NCBI GenBank assembly: GCA_028534125.1
Contig: CM052830.1
Location: 10,478,001 to 10,542,000 of the forward strand
Length of the DNA: 64,000 nt
Source of the DNA: Lama glama
Taxonomy: Eukaryota
Direction of reading: 5' to 3'
Part shown: in pieces, positions 62,561-64,000 of the stretch
How the letters are laid out: each line of letters opens with the position of its first letter
How positions within the stretch are numbered: the stretch's first letter is position 1
The notes under the pieces: generated by a model
Told to the model about the DNA's origin: nothing
Seen by the model: the letters and a program-made list of their open reading frames with translations, nothing else
Databases searched by the model: none
Made by a program: the position numbers and the translations under genes

Positions 62561-64000
62561 TTCTTAGCTGAGTGGCGGAGGGGCTCAACATTAAGCCCCA
62601 GGGCCTTTTTTTTCTTGCCTAAGCCATCTCTCCTTATTTTTCCTTTCTTCCATTTGGCCAGTTTGCACAAACTGAAGATGAGCGTGTTTTGGAGAAGGAT
62701 GAGCATCTGGGACAGAGCCTCCTGGACATAGTCTCTGCACACTAACTGAAGCTGGTTAGACTTGAGAAGCAATTTAACAATAAACTCGGCAGAATTAGAA
62801 ATATCCAAAAGGGTCAAGGCAGCTGCTGGCTGGTTTCTTGCCTCTCCTTGGGGGTTTGAGTTACACCCACCAGTCCTGTGCAAAGGTCCTGGGGCTTGAG
62901 TGTTTTTAGGACCCTACCTCCATTCTCAGATAAGGAGGTTGTAAGAGGAGGCAGCCAGGATAGACAGGGGACCAGGGAAAGCTTCCAAAAACAATGAGAT
63001 TTTTCACAGTGTGTCATCATGACTCATTAAAGCATTCATCTCCACAACAGAAAATCAATGGTTTGAAGGCAGGTATTGTGCCTTATTCACATTTGAACAC
63101 TTGGAGCCCAGCCTGGAGCCCGGAGCCCAGCAGGTGTGGACCTGTAGTAGGGGGAAGGCACTGGAGCTCCCTGTCCTCACTCCCCTCCACCCCCACCTGC
63201 CTTCTTCCCAGGCTTGTATCCTGCAGGAAGAGCCAATACGTCTGATGGCCCATGTGTCCCACATGTTGTAAAGTGATGCCCTGGAGGGCACACATCTCCA
63301 TCTTACACCTGTTCACGTACTTTAGTTGGATGAAAGGGGGCTGTCACCGTGGGACACATCCCTCTAGCTCTCTGTCTCTCCTCTTCCAGACTTCTTAACA
63401 CTTGGTCGGGCAAACTCACCTCTTCCGTGCGCTGTGCAGTGAGGCCTGCTAGCGAGTATCGTCAAATCCCAAATTCTTGATCTGGGCTTAGGAAACGAGT
63501 GGGGCCTTTTCACGTTGACCTAGGCCCCGTACTCTGGTCCAGATTCCCAGACAGCTCGTCAGTGGTGTCTGGGCCACAATCGCAGCTCACAATCCAGATG
63601 AAAGTGTCCTTTGGCTCTCAATTTACTACCGTTTCTTGTGAGTGTCACTCCTTTAGAACACAGTTTGGTCCATTGATGCAATCTGGTAATTTGACAACTA
63701 GACTTCCAACCACTGCCACCAGCCTCCGCAAGATGATGTGTTAAATCAAACAGAAGCTGCATCTCCTCCATTCGCGTGCACAGCTCTAAAAAGGTCCAGT
63801 GCCACACTGTCGAGGTTGTTGAAGGCTCAGGGCAGGCCACACTGTTCCACAGGAGCCAATTGTGTAGTTTGCCCAGTAAGAGAAGACAATGGGGCTCTGC
63901 ACGGAGGGACCAAGGAAAGAGAAGGGCTGCAAAGCTTGGCTATCTTCCCAATCTCTCTTTTCTACAATGCCACAGTGATTTTAATTAAATACTTCCCCTA

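Noticed and set aside
61664-62571. 153-aa and 194-aa ORFs
   Set aside because: They read through MIR, SINE and L2 sequence. The peptides are repeat-derived.
63400-63900. Possible coding exon in a mildly CpG-richer unique stretch
   Set aside because: No recognisable peptide or convincing paired splice sites.
1-64000. CRISPR arrays, operons, prokaryotic defence systems, CpG-island promoter
   Set aside because: The sequence is CpG-depleted mammalian DNA with no spaced direct-repeat array and no CpG island.

Overview
Mammalian non-coding genomic DNA, almost certainly camelid (alpaca/llama/camel). The basis is three Vic-1-type tRNA-derived SINEs and several camelid-type L1 3' ends with intact target-site duplications (TSDs). 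I recognise no protein-coding gene. The supplied ORFs are short chance frames, read through repeats, or span N-gaps. The window looks like a large intron or intergenic region made mostly of fossil transposons (MIR, L2, L1M, MaLR/ERVL/ERV1 solo LTRs, hAT MITEs), with three assembly gaps, two of exactly 500 N. Repeat family names come from recalled consensus motifs, not a database search, and boundaries without TSDs are approximate. Points of interest: (1) a ~380-bp inverted local duplication (26636-27014 vs 36057-36439) inserted into an LTR16-type element, with a 101-bp perfectly identical core and a templated micro-insertion at one junction; (2) a U7 snRNA retrocopy whose changes create CpGs; (3) a twin-primed L1 joining the extreme 3' end to an inverted piece of early ORF2; (4) a candidate 63-nt minus-strand exon overlapping a pair of RFX X-boxes, plus weaker micro-exon and CTCF candidates. 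I found no convincing new biological system. The inverted-repeat structure is the most unusual feature.
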